NCBI GenBank assembly: GCA_945878925.1
Contig: CAMDXE010000003.1
Span: 1 to 51,149 of the forward strand
Length of the DNA: 51,149 nucleotides
Source: Chitinophaga pinensis
GTDB taxonomy: Bacteria; Bacteroidota; Bacteroidia; NS11-12g; UBA9320
Direction of reading: 5' to 3'
The notes under the pieces were generated by a model. The model made no database searches and was not told the origin of the DNA. It worked only from the letters and a program-made list of their open reading frames with translations. Within the stretch, counting starts at the first letter, position 1, and each line of letters begins with the position of its first letter. The position numbers and the translations under genes were made by a program. Of this stretch, positions 11,326 through 20,192 are shown piece after piece.

Positions 11326-11868
11326 TTAAGCGTTTGATTTGGAGGCCAACAACACTTTAATAATATTTTGATAATTGCGTCCGAAATCAAGAAACAAAAG
11401 TCTAAATTTTGGTATGCTGCTAATGGTCAACAAGGTTTGTGTATCCGATTTTTTTTTAACTGACAGGCTTACATGGTCAAATATTAAAATATTTTTAACC
11501 TTAAACTTTGCCGTATCCTCGGTTTGATTAATCAGTTTCCAAAAAGGGTTGCTTGCCAAAATGGTGACGGTATTGTTTAATAAATCGTTCGCATTTTTGT
11601 CAATAACAACGCTATGGTATTGCTTGCATTTTAAATAGTAAGTTATATCATTGTTTTCGAATTTTGCAAAAGCAAAGGCATTTGCCACCACAAATGGCAT
11701 AGCAAAAGCGATGGCGAAAAATAAAATGCGAATAAAAACGATGGTTTCCGTATTGAAATTATATTTGATTAAATGTGCAAGGTAAACAAGCGGAATAAAA
11801 ACAAAAATCAAAAATAAATATTGAAGTAAAATGGCGGTGAGCTTGAATAAAAATCGATTGGGTTCCAT
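11326..11868 (-). CDS. Hypothetical membrane protein
   Basis: Two N-terminal TM helices and a soluble domain ending DFGRNYQNI. Confidence 0.65.
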   Translation of the reverse strand: MEPNRFLFKLTAILLQYLFLIFVFIPLVYLAHLIKYNFNTETIVFIRILFFAIAFAMPFVVANAFAFAKFENNDITYYLKCKQYHSVVIDKNANDLLNNTVTILASNPFWKLINQTEDTAKFKVKNILIFDHVSLSVKKKSDTQTLLTISSIPKFRLLFLDFGRNYQNIIKVLLASKSNA

Positions 11869-12095
11869 TAAATTATTTCTTATAAAACGTAAGCAAAAAC
11901 TAGAAGCTGCAAACCAACAACTAAAAAAACGAAATAACTAAAATGTTTATAAAAGGCGGCCCATTTTTTATGGCTTTTCCTTCCTATTTAGGTGGTATTT
12001 CGAGGTAAATAACTCTAAAATAATTTAGCAATTAGCAGTATTCGTGAATAATTTCATTTTTTTTAGATAATTTCGATTTTTTAATCCTTAGAACT

Positions 12096-12626
12096 ATGAG
12101 TATAAGACGCCCTTTTAACATTAAACAATGGATTCAAGATCATCGTCATGAGCTGAAACCACCGGTTGGAAACCGCAATTTGTATACCGATGCAGGCGAT
12201 TATATAGTGATGATGGTTGCGGGCCCAAATGCTCGTAAAGATTACCATTATAACGAAACAGAAGAATTGTTTTACCAGCTTGAAGGCGATATTGTGGTAA
12301 GAATCCAGGAAGATGGTAAAGCCGTAAACATTCCAGTCAAAGAAGGAGAAATGTTTCTTTTGCCATCCAATACTCCCCATTCGCCGGTGCGTCCCGAAGG
12401 CACAATGGGTTTGGTAATTGAAGTAAAACGAGCCGATAGGGAAATGATGGATGGATTGATTTGGTTTTGCGAGCAATGCAATCATAAACTTCATGAAAGC
12501 TTTTTTGTTTTGAACGATATTGAAAAAGATTTTATACCGCGTTTTCGCGAATTTTATGGTTCCGAACCCATGCGAACCTGCAGCCAATGCGGCCATATTA
12601 TGGAAACAGACCCTCGTTTTGTTTAA
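12096..12626 (+). CDS. nbaC: 3-hydroxyanthranilate 3,4-dioxygenase
   Basis: LKPPVGN, GPNARKDYH, EELFYQ and PHSP, plus a rubredoxin-like CEQC/CSQC site. Confidence 0.96.
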   Translation: MSIRRPFNIKQWIQDHRHELKPPVGNRNLYTDAGDYIVMMVAGPNARKDYHYNETEELFYQLEGDIVVRIQEDGKAVNIPVKEGEMFLLPSNTPHSPVRPEGTMGLVIEVKRADREMMDGLIWFCEQCNHKLHESFFVLNDIEKDFIPRFREFYGSEPMRTCSQCGHIMETDPRFV

Positions 12627-12658
12627 GTAAGCAACGTTAATAAAGCGGTTAATAAATT

Positions 12659-13684
12659 TTGACACGACCTATACTGCATTCTAAAGTTAATAAAATAGAT
12701 GGGCATGCCCATATAATGCCGAGTTATTGGCCCAGCTTGGCTGATCAATACGGATACAAAGGATTTATTCAATTAGAAGATGACTCTAGTGCCGACACTA
12801 AAAACATGTGTCGCGACGACGGTGTTTTTTTTCGAAAAGTGTCTAGAAATTGCTGGGATCCTGAGGCCATTCTAGTCGATATGAACCATCATAACGTTGA
12901 TATGATGGTACTTTGCACCATTCCTGTGCTATTTAATTATTGGGCAAAACCTCAGGATACGCTTGATTGGAGCATGTTTTTGAATGACCATCTGCTCACT
13001 ATACAAAAAAAGTATCCTGACAGATTTATCAGCTTAGGAACTCTGCCCATGCAAGATGCAAAATTAGCTGTACAAGAGTTGGAACGAATTGCAAAGTTAG
13101 GAATGCCGGGCATCGAAATTGGTTCAAACATTAATGGCCTAAATTTGGATGATAAATCCTTGTTTCCCATATACGAAGCAGCCGAACGGCTTAATATGTC
13201 AATTTTTGTCCACCCTTGGAACATGATGGGCGAAAAAGAAATGACCAAATATTGGCTGCCATGGTTGGTGGGCATGCCAGCCGAAGAATCGAGGGCTATT
13301 TGTTCTATGATTTTTGGAGGAGTATTCGATAGCTTTCCAAATCTTCGTGTTATGTTTGCTCATGGGGGAGGGTCGTTTGCCTTAACCCTTGGCCGAATTG
13401 AACATGGCTATCATTGCCGTCCCGATTTGGTGAATGTTAATGGAGTAAAAAATCCAAGAGATTATATGGGTAAGTTTTGGGTTGATGGCATAACCCACGA
13501 TAGCAAAGCACTGCAGTATATAATGGATACCTTTGGCGACAATAAGGTAGCTTATGGAACCGACTACCCTTTTCCACTTGGCGATTTGGATCACGGCAAG
13601 TTTATCGAATCGGATGATCGGCTTCTAAACACACAGAAGGAAAAATTATTTAAGCATAATATCCAAGCATTTTTAAATCTATAG
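12659..13684 (+). CDS. nbaD: 2-amino-3-carboxymuconate-6-semialdehyde decarboxylase (ACMSD, amidohydrolase)
   Basis: IDGHAH, FVHPW, YWLPWLVGMPAE, AHGGGSF and GTDYPFPLG; follows nbaC; TTG start. Confidence 0.92.
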   Translation: MTRPILHSKVNKIDGHAHIMPSYWPSLADQYGYKGFIQLEDDSSADTKNMCRDDGVFFRKVSRNCWDPEAILVDMNHHNVDMMVLCTIPVLFNYWAKPQDTLDWSMFLNDHLLTIQKKYPDRFISLGTLPMQDAKLAVQELERIAKLGMPGIEIGSNINGLNLDDKSLFPIYEAAERLNMSIFVHPWNMMGEKEMTKYWLPWLVGMPAEESRAICSMIFGGVFDSFPNLRVMFAHGGGSFALTLGRIEHGYHCRPDLVNVNGVKNPRDYMGKFWVDGITHDSKALQYIMDTFGDNKVAYGTDYPFPLGDLDHGKFIESDDRLLNTQKEKLFKHNIQAFLNL

Positions 13685-13803
13685 GCCTCGCTCAAATTTT
13701 AGAATAGGCGGTGCGAAAATTTTTAAACGCCCTTCACTGGCTGTTAAGTTTTACAGTAATAAAAATCCAAAACTCATCTAAACATAATGTGCAACGAATC
13801 CAT

Positions 13804-13811
13804 TAGATTTG
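13804..13811 (+). promoter_or_regulatory. -7 element (TAGATTTG)
   Basis: Matches TAnnTTTG, about 40 nt upstream of ATG 13853. Confidence 0.45.
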
Positions 13812-13852
13812 CAATCTAGCTCACTATAAAGTAATTGATAATTTAAAATAAT

Positions 13853-14722
13853 ATGAAAAAAGTATATTTATTTTTAGGCATGGCCATTGTGGCCTCTCAG
13901 TTTTTGTCATCGTGTGGAAAAGACAAATTAGAAGTTTTGGATACTATTACCTCAGCCGAAGATAATTCGACGGCAGAAAATGAATTTACATCAGCCTTCG
14001 ATTTAGGTCAGGATGTGGCTTCAAGCGATGGGCGACTTAAAAAAGGCGGCAGCAGTATTTTGCCAAGTGGAGCCATATTTACCATCACCGATAGCTTGTT
14101 TACCGATGGCGACGGAAAAGAATTTAACGTCGATTTTGGCCCTTTGGGTACTAGCATGCCATTTGGTAAATTGTGTAAAGATGGACGATACAGAGCCGGA
14201 AAAATTAATTTTACGATCTCATCTCCATTTTTAAGTATAGGGTCGATATTAACCATCAATATTTCTGATAACGACAAATTTTTTGGCGGCAATGGAGCCG
14301 AAATGACACAAATTTCGGGCACCAAAGTCATTACCCGAACCCTTGTAAATCAATTTACGGTGGTGGTTACAGATGGCAAAGCCATTAATTCGAACGGTAC
14401 AGTAACATGGGCTGCCAACCGCACTATTACTTTAATAAGCGATGCAGGCCCAGGTCTATTGGGTGATATTTTTGAAATTACCGGTTCGGCCTCAGGAACC
14501 AATCGAAAAGGCGAAAAATTTACAGTAAGCATAGATGTTCCCCTAAAAAAGAAAATTGATTTTGGCTGTGCCCAAACTTTTATTAAAGGAAAATTAACCC
14601 TCAAAAATACCGACTCTGCCAAAGAAATAGCCATTGATTACGACCCATTTAATAATGAAGCCTGCGACCTTACAGCCAAGGCCACACTCAACGGCAAAGA
14701 TTATATTTATACCGTCCGATAA
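13853..14722 (+). CDS. Hypothetical beta-rich lipoprotein
   Basis: SPII signal with lipobox LSSC; Gly/Thr-rich beta-strand pattern. Confidence 0.75.
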   Translation: MKKVYLFLGMAIVASQFLSSCGKDKLEVLDTITSAEDNSTAENEFTSAFDLGQDVASSDGRLKKGGSSILPSGAIFTITDSLFTDGDGKEFNVDFGPLGTSMPFGKLCKDGRYRAGKINFTISSPFLSIGSILTINISDNDKFFGGNGAEMTQISGTKVITRTLVNQFTVVVTDGKAINSNGTVTWAANRTITLISDAGPGLLGDIFEITGSASGTNRKGEKFTVSIDVPLKKKIDFGCAQTFIKGKLTLKNTDSAKEIAIDYDPFNNEACDLTAKATLNGKDYIYTVR

Positions 14723-14736
14723 TAATTAACAATGGT

Positions 14737-14771
14737 TTGATATTCATTTGGTGGATGTCAAGTATTTTTTT
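14737..14771 (+). terminator. Putative intrinsic terminator after the lipoprotein gene
   Basis: Stem TTGATATTCAT / GTGGATGTCAA (with G-U pairs) followed by a T-run. Confidence 0.45.
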
Positions 14772-14800
14772 ATATGTTTAACTAGTATTTTTATAGCCAT

Positions 14801-16363
14801 TTGAAAACAATCTTTTTATTCATTGCTTTTGGCATCAGCGCTTTTATAAATTGCGTGGCTCAAACGCCTACATGGGCCGAAAATATTGCTCCAATATTGT
14901 ATGCCAATTGCACCAAATGTCATCATAATGGAGGCTTAGGGCCTTCGTCCTTTTTAGATTATTTGGATGTGGTGGCCCAAAAAAGCAGCATTCGTTATAA
15001 TGTTGAACAAAAAATCATGCCCCCATGGCCAGGCGACCCAAGCTATCGCCATTATGCCGATGAAAGAATATTGAAGGCCACAGAAATCGATGCCATTATT
15101 AATTGGGTAAATAATGGTACTCCCGAAGGAGATGTAAGTAAAGCGCCCAAAAAACCTACCTATACTTCCGATTCAAAAATAGGAGCCTATGATCTTAAAA
15201 TTACTATTCCCACTTATCAATCTTCTGCAAAAAGTGGAGATATTTATAGGTGTTTTTCCATTCCCACTAATCTGCCTGCCAATAAATTTATATCAGCAGT
15301 CGAAATTATACCCGGCAATTCCGAAATCGTGCATCATGTATTGGTATATCAAGATACAACTTTAAATACCGATAATTTAGACAAGGCCGATCCATTGCCC
15401 GGCTATACCAATTTTGGCGGCACGGGTTCGGCTAATTCTATTTTGGTGGCGCCTTATGTGCCGGGCTCCGATCCTATAATATTTCCTTCGGGCACCGGCG
15501 TCAAATTGTTTAAAAATGCGCGTATTATTCTTCAAATACATTATCCGGCAGGCTCGGATGGGCAATTCGATAGCACGTTATGCCTCATACGTTTTACCTC
15601 CCAACCCACAGTCAGAGAAGTGTTTATTGCGCCATTATTGCATCATGGCAGCATTAGTAATGGGCCTTTTGCAATTGCTAAAGATCAGATTAAAACGTTT
15701 TATCAAAGCGCGACCATTCCAGTGGATGTTTCGCTTTTGTCGGTAATGCCTCACATGCATCTTATAGGTAAAAGCACCAAGGTTTTTAGTAAGCCGCCTA
15801 CAGGCGATACCATTCCTTTAATTCAAATAAAAGATTGGGATTTTCATTGGCAGGGTCAATACCGTTTCCAATATTTACAAAAAATTAGTAGCGGTTCAAA
15901 AATTCAATCCATTGTTACTTATGATAATACGCTTAACAATCCTAACAATCCAAATAACCCCACCAAGCCCATCACATTAGGCGAGGCCACAAGCAGCGAA
16001 ATGATGCTTACCTTCTTTTATTTTATGACTTATAAAACAGGAGATGAGAAAATTTTGCAAGACAGCAGTTTAATAAGCGCTGGTATTTTTTCATCTAAAG
16101 CCATAAAATTTGCTATAAACCAAAATCCTGCGCATGACCAAATCAATCTTGGAATGCCAGCGGAAGAAGCAACCCTGCAAATTGTGGATGAACAGGGGAA
16201 GCAAGTGCTTTCAAAATCCTATGATCAACAGGATACGCGTATCGAGAAAAGATTAGAATTGATGTTTATCAACGTCAGCGAGCTTGCAAGCGGAGGCTAT
16301 TTTCTAATAGTAAGCACCAAAAAAGAAGGCAAGGTGTTTTACAGTAAATTTATTAAACTTTAA
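14801..16363 (+). CDS. T9SS-secreted protein: c-type cytochrome domain + copper type II (PHM/DBH-like) monooxygenase + T9SS CTD
   Basis: Signal peptide; heme motifs CTKCH and MPPW; monooxygenase motifs DIYRCF, VHH, QIHY, PHMH, WDFHWQ and EM; C-terminal NPA...GGYFL...KFIKL. Confidence 0.8.
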   Translation: MKTIFLFIAFGISAFINCVAQTPTWAENIAPILYANCTKCHHNGGLGPSSFLDYLDVVAQKSSIRYNVEQKIMPPWPGDPSYRHYADERILKATEIDAIINWVNNGTPEGDVSKAPKKPTYTSDSKIGAYDLKITIPTYQSSAKSGDIYRCFSIPTNLPANKFISAVEIIPGNSEIVHHVLVYQDTTLNTDNLDKADPLPGYTNFGGTGSANSILVAPYVPGSDPIIFPSGTGVKLFKNARIILQIHYPAGSDGQFDSTLCLIRFTSQPTVREVFIAPLLHHGSISNGPFAIAKDQIKTFYQSATIPVDVSLLSVMPHMHLIGKSTKVFSKPPTGDTIPLIQIKDWDFHWQGQYRFQYLQKISSGSKIQSIVTYDNTLNNPNNPNNPTKPITLGEATSSEMMLTFFYFMTYKTGDEKILQDSSLISAGIFSSKAIKFAINQNPAHDQINLGMPAEEATLQIVDEQGKQVLSKSYDQQDTRIEKRLELMFINVSELASGGYFLIVSTKKEGKVFYSKFIKL

Positions 16364-16604
16364 AAGAGTGTAAGTTTTTTTACGCGATTCATTAGGTTTG
16401 CATATATGACTGGTTGCGGCTAAGGAACTACTTCCTTACAATCTACGAGTAACATTGTCGGACGAACTCACTTTTCTTTTTACAAAACAAACATCAGTTA
16501 TTTCCATTGTTTTCATCTGCCAGTCTATCAGTCCCCGAAACATGGTTATTATCAAATAAGATTGATTAATAACGACATTCAAAAACTGTTCATAATCTAT
16601 AATA

Positions 16605-18731
16605 TTATTGAATTATTAATTTTGCTATAAAACTTGAATTATCATTTGAAATTGCTTTTATGTAATAAATACCATGCGCTAAATTCGTTTTTAATTCTAA
16701 TTTGTAATGATCAGATACAACTTTTTCAATTTTAAAATCTTCCATTAGTTGGCCAAAAGTATTGTACAATTGCACGGATGTGAGCTCTTCATTAAGGCGC
16801 TTATTGATAAATAGTGTATGATCAGTAACAGGGTTTGGGTAAATTTTCAATAGTGGTGTAACCTTATATTTATTAACACCTATCGTAGGATTAAAATACC
16901 TCACAAAGGTATCTGTCCCGCAAGTGTTGGTTACAACTAAACTAATTTTGTATTCAATGGTGCTTGGCTTAAAAACATGAGAGGGAGATTTAAGATTAGA
17001 AGTGTCTCCATCTCCAAATATCCATTTATAGATGCAATTGTATTCACTTAAATTAATAAAGTTAAGCAAATCGCCATTTTGTATGGTCTCAAAATAAGCA
17101 ATAGGCGTGCAGTTATATATACCAGCCATTACCAATTGTGGTTTAGGACTTATTGAACCAAGAATACCCGGTTTGAAATTAATATCAAAATAATATGTTG
17201 GTTGATAGTCTATAATTATGGGATTGCCATAATCAGAAATTGAATTAATAGTTGAGCTTTTGTGCATCCAATTTAGCTTATAAATAGAATCATAACGACA
17301 AATGGTATGGTCATTTCCTTGTTGTAAAGGAAAGTTATAAAATATATCGTCCTTAAAATTTATAGATGTGTCGGTAGAAAGTATATGATAGCTATTTGAG
17401 GTATTGCTAAAAGTGAATAATATATAAAAACCCGTTTTAGCCTTTATTAATTTTCTAGGTACTATTGAATCTTTAAAATTAAGAAGCTGTGTTGTTTCAC
17501 GATTGACCGTATTAAATTTGATTTTTAATAAACTATATCGACGTGCCAATTGCCCTGTGCCTGGTATATCAAATTTATCGGGTCTTCCTAAAAATGACTT
17601 ATCGTTTATGTGAATAGAATCAGCCGAAGTAATAATTGCCAACACATCATTTTGATTAAGTATTAAGGAAGTGACCTGTGTAGCTTGTCCTTTTTTATCA
17701 TTGTCTTTCGATTTAATTTTCATAAATATATCAAAGGTCCCACTTGGATCCACCTTGAAAACAAAAGTCAACACATCTCCTGGGCTTAGACCTTCCGTCC
17801 ATGAGGTAAGATATAGTTTTGATTTGCCGAATTCATCTGTAATTAAAATAATAGAATCCATCATTGAATTAGGTTTTTTGCACATATTTATAGCCATTAT
17901 AAATTTTTCACTCGGTATAGAATGATTTAAATAATAGGGCGCACCATTGTTTAATCGCCTAAGCCATTCAATTTTTGAACTTTGCTGATTATAGCTTATA
18001 AAATACATACCTAATGTGGTAAATTTTATGGAGTCATGAAATTTGCCGGGTAATATTTTTAAGACTTCTTTCGTAGGGTGAAACCCTAATATTATGTTAC
18101 CGTTAAAATCGAATTTTGCTAAATAAAGGTAGCCTAAATGAAAATTGATTAAGGGTATAGCAAGGGAATAGGAAGATTCGGCCAATAAGCATTTGGAAAG
18201 CAAATGGCCTTGTAAATCAAATGTAAGCAGCCAATAGCGCTGTAAACGCTCAGGATAAACAATTAGTTCATTTTTATCATCCGGGTTTAGCCTTACAGTA
18301 TCGCCACAGGTGCTTATTACCACGCATATACTTTTTTTTTGCTCGTCCATTTGAACCCTGAAAATAGAATTCATATAGTTGCTTCCAAACGTTTTAGCGG
18401 TAAATTTTTTGCTGTTTATATTGTATTTTAAAAAAACCAACTCGGAATTAAAAGTGTCCCTAAATGTTGGCTCAATTATGTTTATCTCTTGGGTAAACGA
18501 TTCATATTTAGCATTGCCCACATTGTTTATTATATAAAAAATATCCTTACCATCCGACTCAAATTTACTTCCATTTTGAGCCAATGCATAATTAATGTCA
18601 ATGCCTTGACGGGGCAAAGTTGTTGTAGGAAAAGCATATCCTGCAATATAATCGGTTATTTGTTGAGCCTGTCCACTTATGTTGCACACAAATAAAAGTC
18701 CAACTAATAAGAATTTTTTGAAGTATTTCAT
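16605..18731 (-). CDS. T9SS type A sorting domain protein with PKD domain
   Basis: Signal peptide from ATG 18731; PKD motif WIFGDGDTS...PSHVF...VTNTCG; CTD IYPNPV...GIYYIK...KLIIQ; AT-rich. Confidence 0.85.
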   Translation of the reverse strand: MKYFKKFLLVGLLFVCNISGQAQQITDYIAGYAFPTTTLPRQGIDINYALAQNGSKFESDGKDIFYIINNVGNAKYESFTQEINIIEPTFRDTFNSELVFLKYNINSKKFTAKTFGSNYMNSIFRVQMDEQKKSICVVISTCGDTVRLNPDDKNELIVYPERLQRYWLLTFDLQGHLLSKCLLAESSYSLAIPLINFHLGYLYLAKFDFNGNIILGFHPTKEVLKILPGKFHDSIKFTTLGMYFISYNQQSSKIEWLRRLNNGAPYYLNHSIPSEKFIMAINMCKKPNSMMDSIILITDEFGKSKLYLTSWTEGLSPGDVLTFVFKVDPSGTFDIFMKIKSKDNDKKGQATQVTSLILNQNDVLAIITSADSIHINDKSFLGRPDKFDIPGTGQLARRYSLLKIKFNTVNRETTQLLNFKDSIVPRKLIKAKTGFYILFTFSNTSNSYHILSTDTSINFKDDIFYNFPLQQGNDHTICRYDSIYKLNWMHKSSTINSISDYGNPIIIDYQPTYYFDINFKPGILGSISPKPQLVMAGIYNCTPIAYFETIQNGDLLNFINLSEYNCIYKWIFGDGDTSNLKSPSHVFKPSTIEYKISLVVTNTCGTDTFVRYFNPTIGVNKYKVTPLLKIYPNPVTDHTLFINKRLNEELTSVQLYNTFGQLMEDFKIEKVVSDHYKLELKTNLAHGIYYIKAISNDNSSFIAKLIIQ

Positions 18732-18736
18732 AATTA

Positions 18737-19252
18737 CTAAAAGCAATTGGGCATAGTAAGATAAAGAATACAATTTACTGAGTCAAAAGTAACTGAAATC
18801 CCGCCGGGGCAACATCCGCCTATAGTTCCTAAATTATCGTTAAGATGCCCAGTTGTTGAATTATCAAAAATTGTATTGCCTGAAAGTGTATATCCAACCC
18901 CAAATAATTCAATTTCAAGATCGCAAGGACAGGGTGGACTATTAAAATTGAAGGTCGAATTGGAAGGTATACCGAAATTTCCAGGTTGAACATTAAAACG
19001 ATTACTGTTACAAGGTCCACCATATAGAAAATACCAAGGGGTAGGATTTAGATAAATCGATGATACGTCGGTTCCGCAATTAAGAAGGTTCCCATTGCAT
19101 TTGATATCTAATTCCAGCAAACAATCAATTTCACTAATTACCGTTAATGAACAACACGAAGATTGTGCTTTAGTAGGATTAGGAAAACTCAAAATAAGCA
19201 GAAACAAAGAAACTAAAGCAATTAGCTTTTGGTTTGTTTGTTGATTTGACAT
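18737..19252 (-). CDS. Small secreted cysteine-rich protein (12 Cys)
   Basis: Signal peptide ending TKA|Q; 12 Cys in about 142 mature residues; stop lies 5 nt before the next ATG. Confidence 0.7.
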   Translation of the reverse strand: MSNQQTNQKLIALVSLFLLILSFPNPTKAQSSCCSLTVISEIDCLLELDIKCNGNLLNCGTDVSSIYLNPTPWYFLYGGPCNSNRFNVQPGNFGIPSNSTFNFNSPPCPCDLEIELFGVGYTLSGNTIFDNSTTGHLNDNLGTIGGCCPGGISVTFDSVNCILYLTMPNCF

Positions 19253-19270
19253 TATTTTTTAATTAGAAAA

Positions 19271-19278
19271 CAAATATA
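19271..19278 (-). promoter_or_regulatory. -7 element (TATATTTG) for the 19252-16605 pair
   Basis: Matches TAnnTTTG, 18 nt upstream of ATG 19252. Confidence 0.55.
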
Positions 19279-19457
19279 GTTTTGTTGTTTAATTAAAAAA
19301 GTATTAAAGATTCCGTACGGGTTAAAATCTTAACGGTAATGTTGATGGTTCTTGGTCGGTGCCATCGGATGTTAATATTTAATATTTTAGCTTAATTTAT
19401 TTGTGAATTAGCGGCATCCTAAGTGCAACATTATTATTGACAATATCTGCTCATAAG

Positions 19458-20156
19458 CTATATTTTTTTTGCAGCAATACAATGCGATTTAGGCTTTAAA
19501 TGCATTCCATTCGCCTCCAGTGTAGGTTCGATAAACGTATGGGTAAGCTCTGTCGAAAATCGATTTTTTACCAAAAGATTGGACCATTGGTCGACACGAA
19601 TTAGATTAAACCCAAATTTTGTGAATTCCATTTGTTGCATCGTTTCTTCGTCGCGTATGCTGGTATAAAACAGTCCGCCTGGTTTTAGCACTCTGTGAAT
19701 TTCGCTTAGATTGTCGCTTGGGTTATCCCAAAAATATACCACGTTAATGCAAAAAACCTTGTCGAATGTGTTGCTCTCGAATGGTAAAATTTCGCAATCT
19801 CCAAATTGCAAATCAAGCGAAGAGGCCTGAATTAAGTCCTCATTGTTTCTGGTGGCCAATTTTACCATATCGGCCGAAAAATCGATTCCCGAAATACGAA
19901 GATTTTTTGCACTTGAAAATAATGAATTGAAAAAAAGGCCATTCCCAAATCCTATTTCTAAAATAGATTGAGAATCTTGAATTTGCATGGCATGTATTGT
20001 AAATTCATACAAGGCACGATTGCTTTCATTCATTTTATTGCTAATAATCACACCTAACTTTCCTTTGGGTTGCCTGAGTTGTTTGGCAATTATTTGAGGC
20101 GTTAGCTTTTGCCTAAATTGCTCAAATACTTTTTTGATTAGATGATCGAGAAACAC
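19458..20156 (-). CDS. Class I SAM-dependent methyltransferase
   Basis: ILEIGFGNG, GIDFSADM, LPFESNTFD and RVLKPGG. Confidence 0.9.
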   Translation of the reverse strand: MFLDHLIKKVFEQFRQKLTPQIIAKQLRQPKGKLGVIISNKMNESNRALYEFTIHAMQIQDSQSILEIGFGNGLFFNSLFSSAKNLRISGIDFSADMVKLATRNNEDLIQASSLDLQFGDCEILPFESNTFDKVFCINVVYFWDNPSDNLSEIHRVLKPGGLFYTSIRDEETMQQMEFTKFGFNLIRVDQWSNLLVKNRFSTELTHTFIEPTLEANGMHLKPKSHCIAAKKI

Positions 20157-20192
20157 AGAGTGGCCTTCTTAAAGTAAATAAATGAATAAGTT

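Noticed and set aside
15934-15962. NNPNNPNNP coding microrepeat in the monooxygenase
   Set aside because: An in-frame low-complexity loop with varied codons, not a phase-variable tract.
16490-16560. Minus-strand SGTDRLA peptide resembling a KdsB motif
   Set aside because: Only about 7 residues, flanked by stops; consistent with chance.
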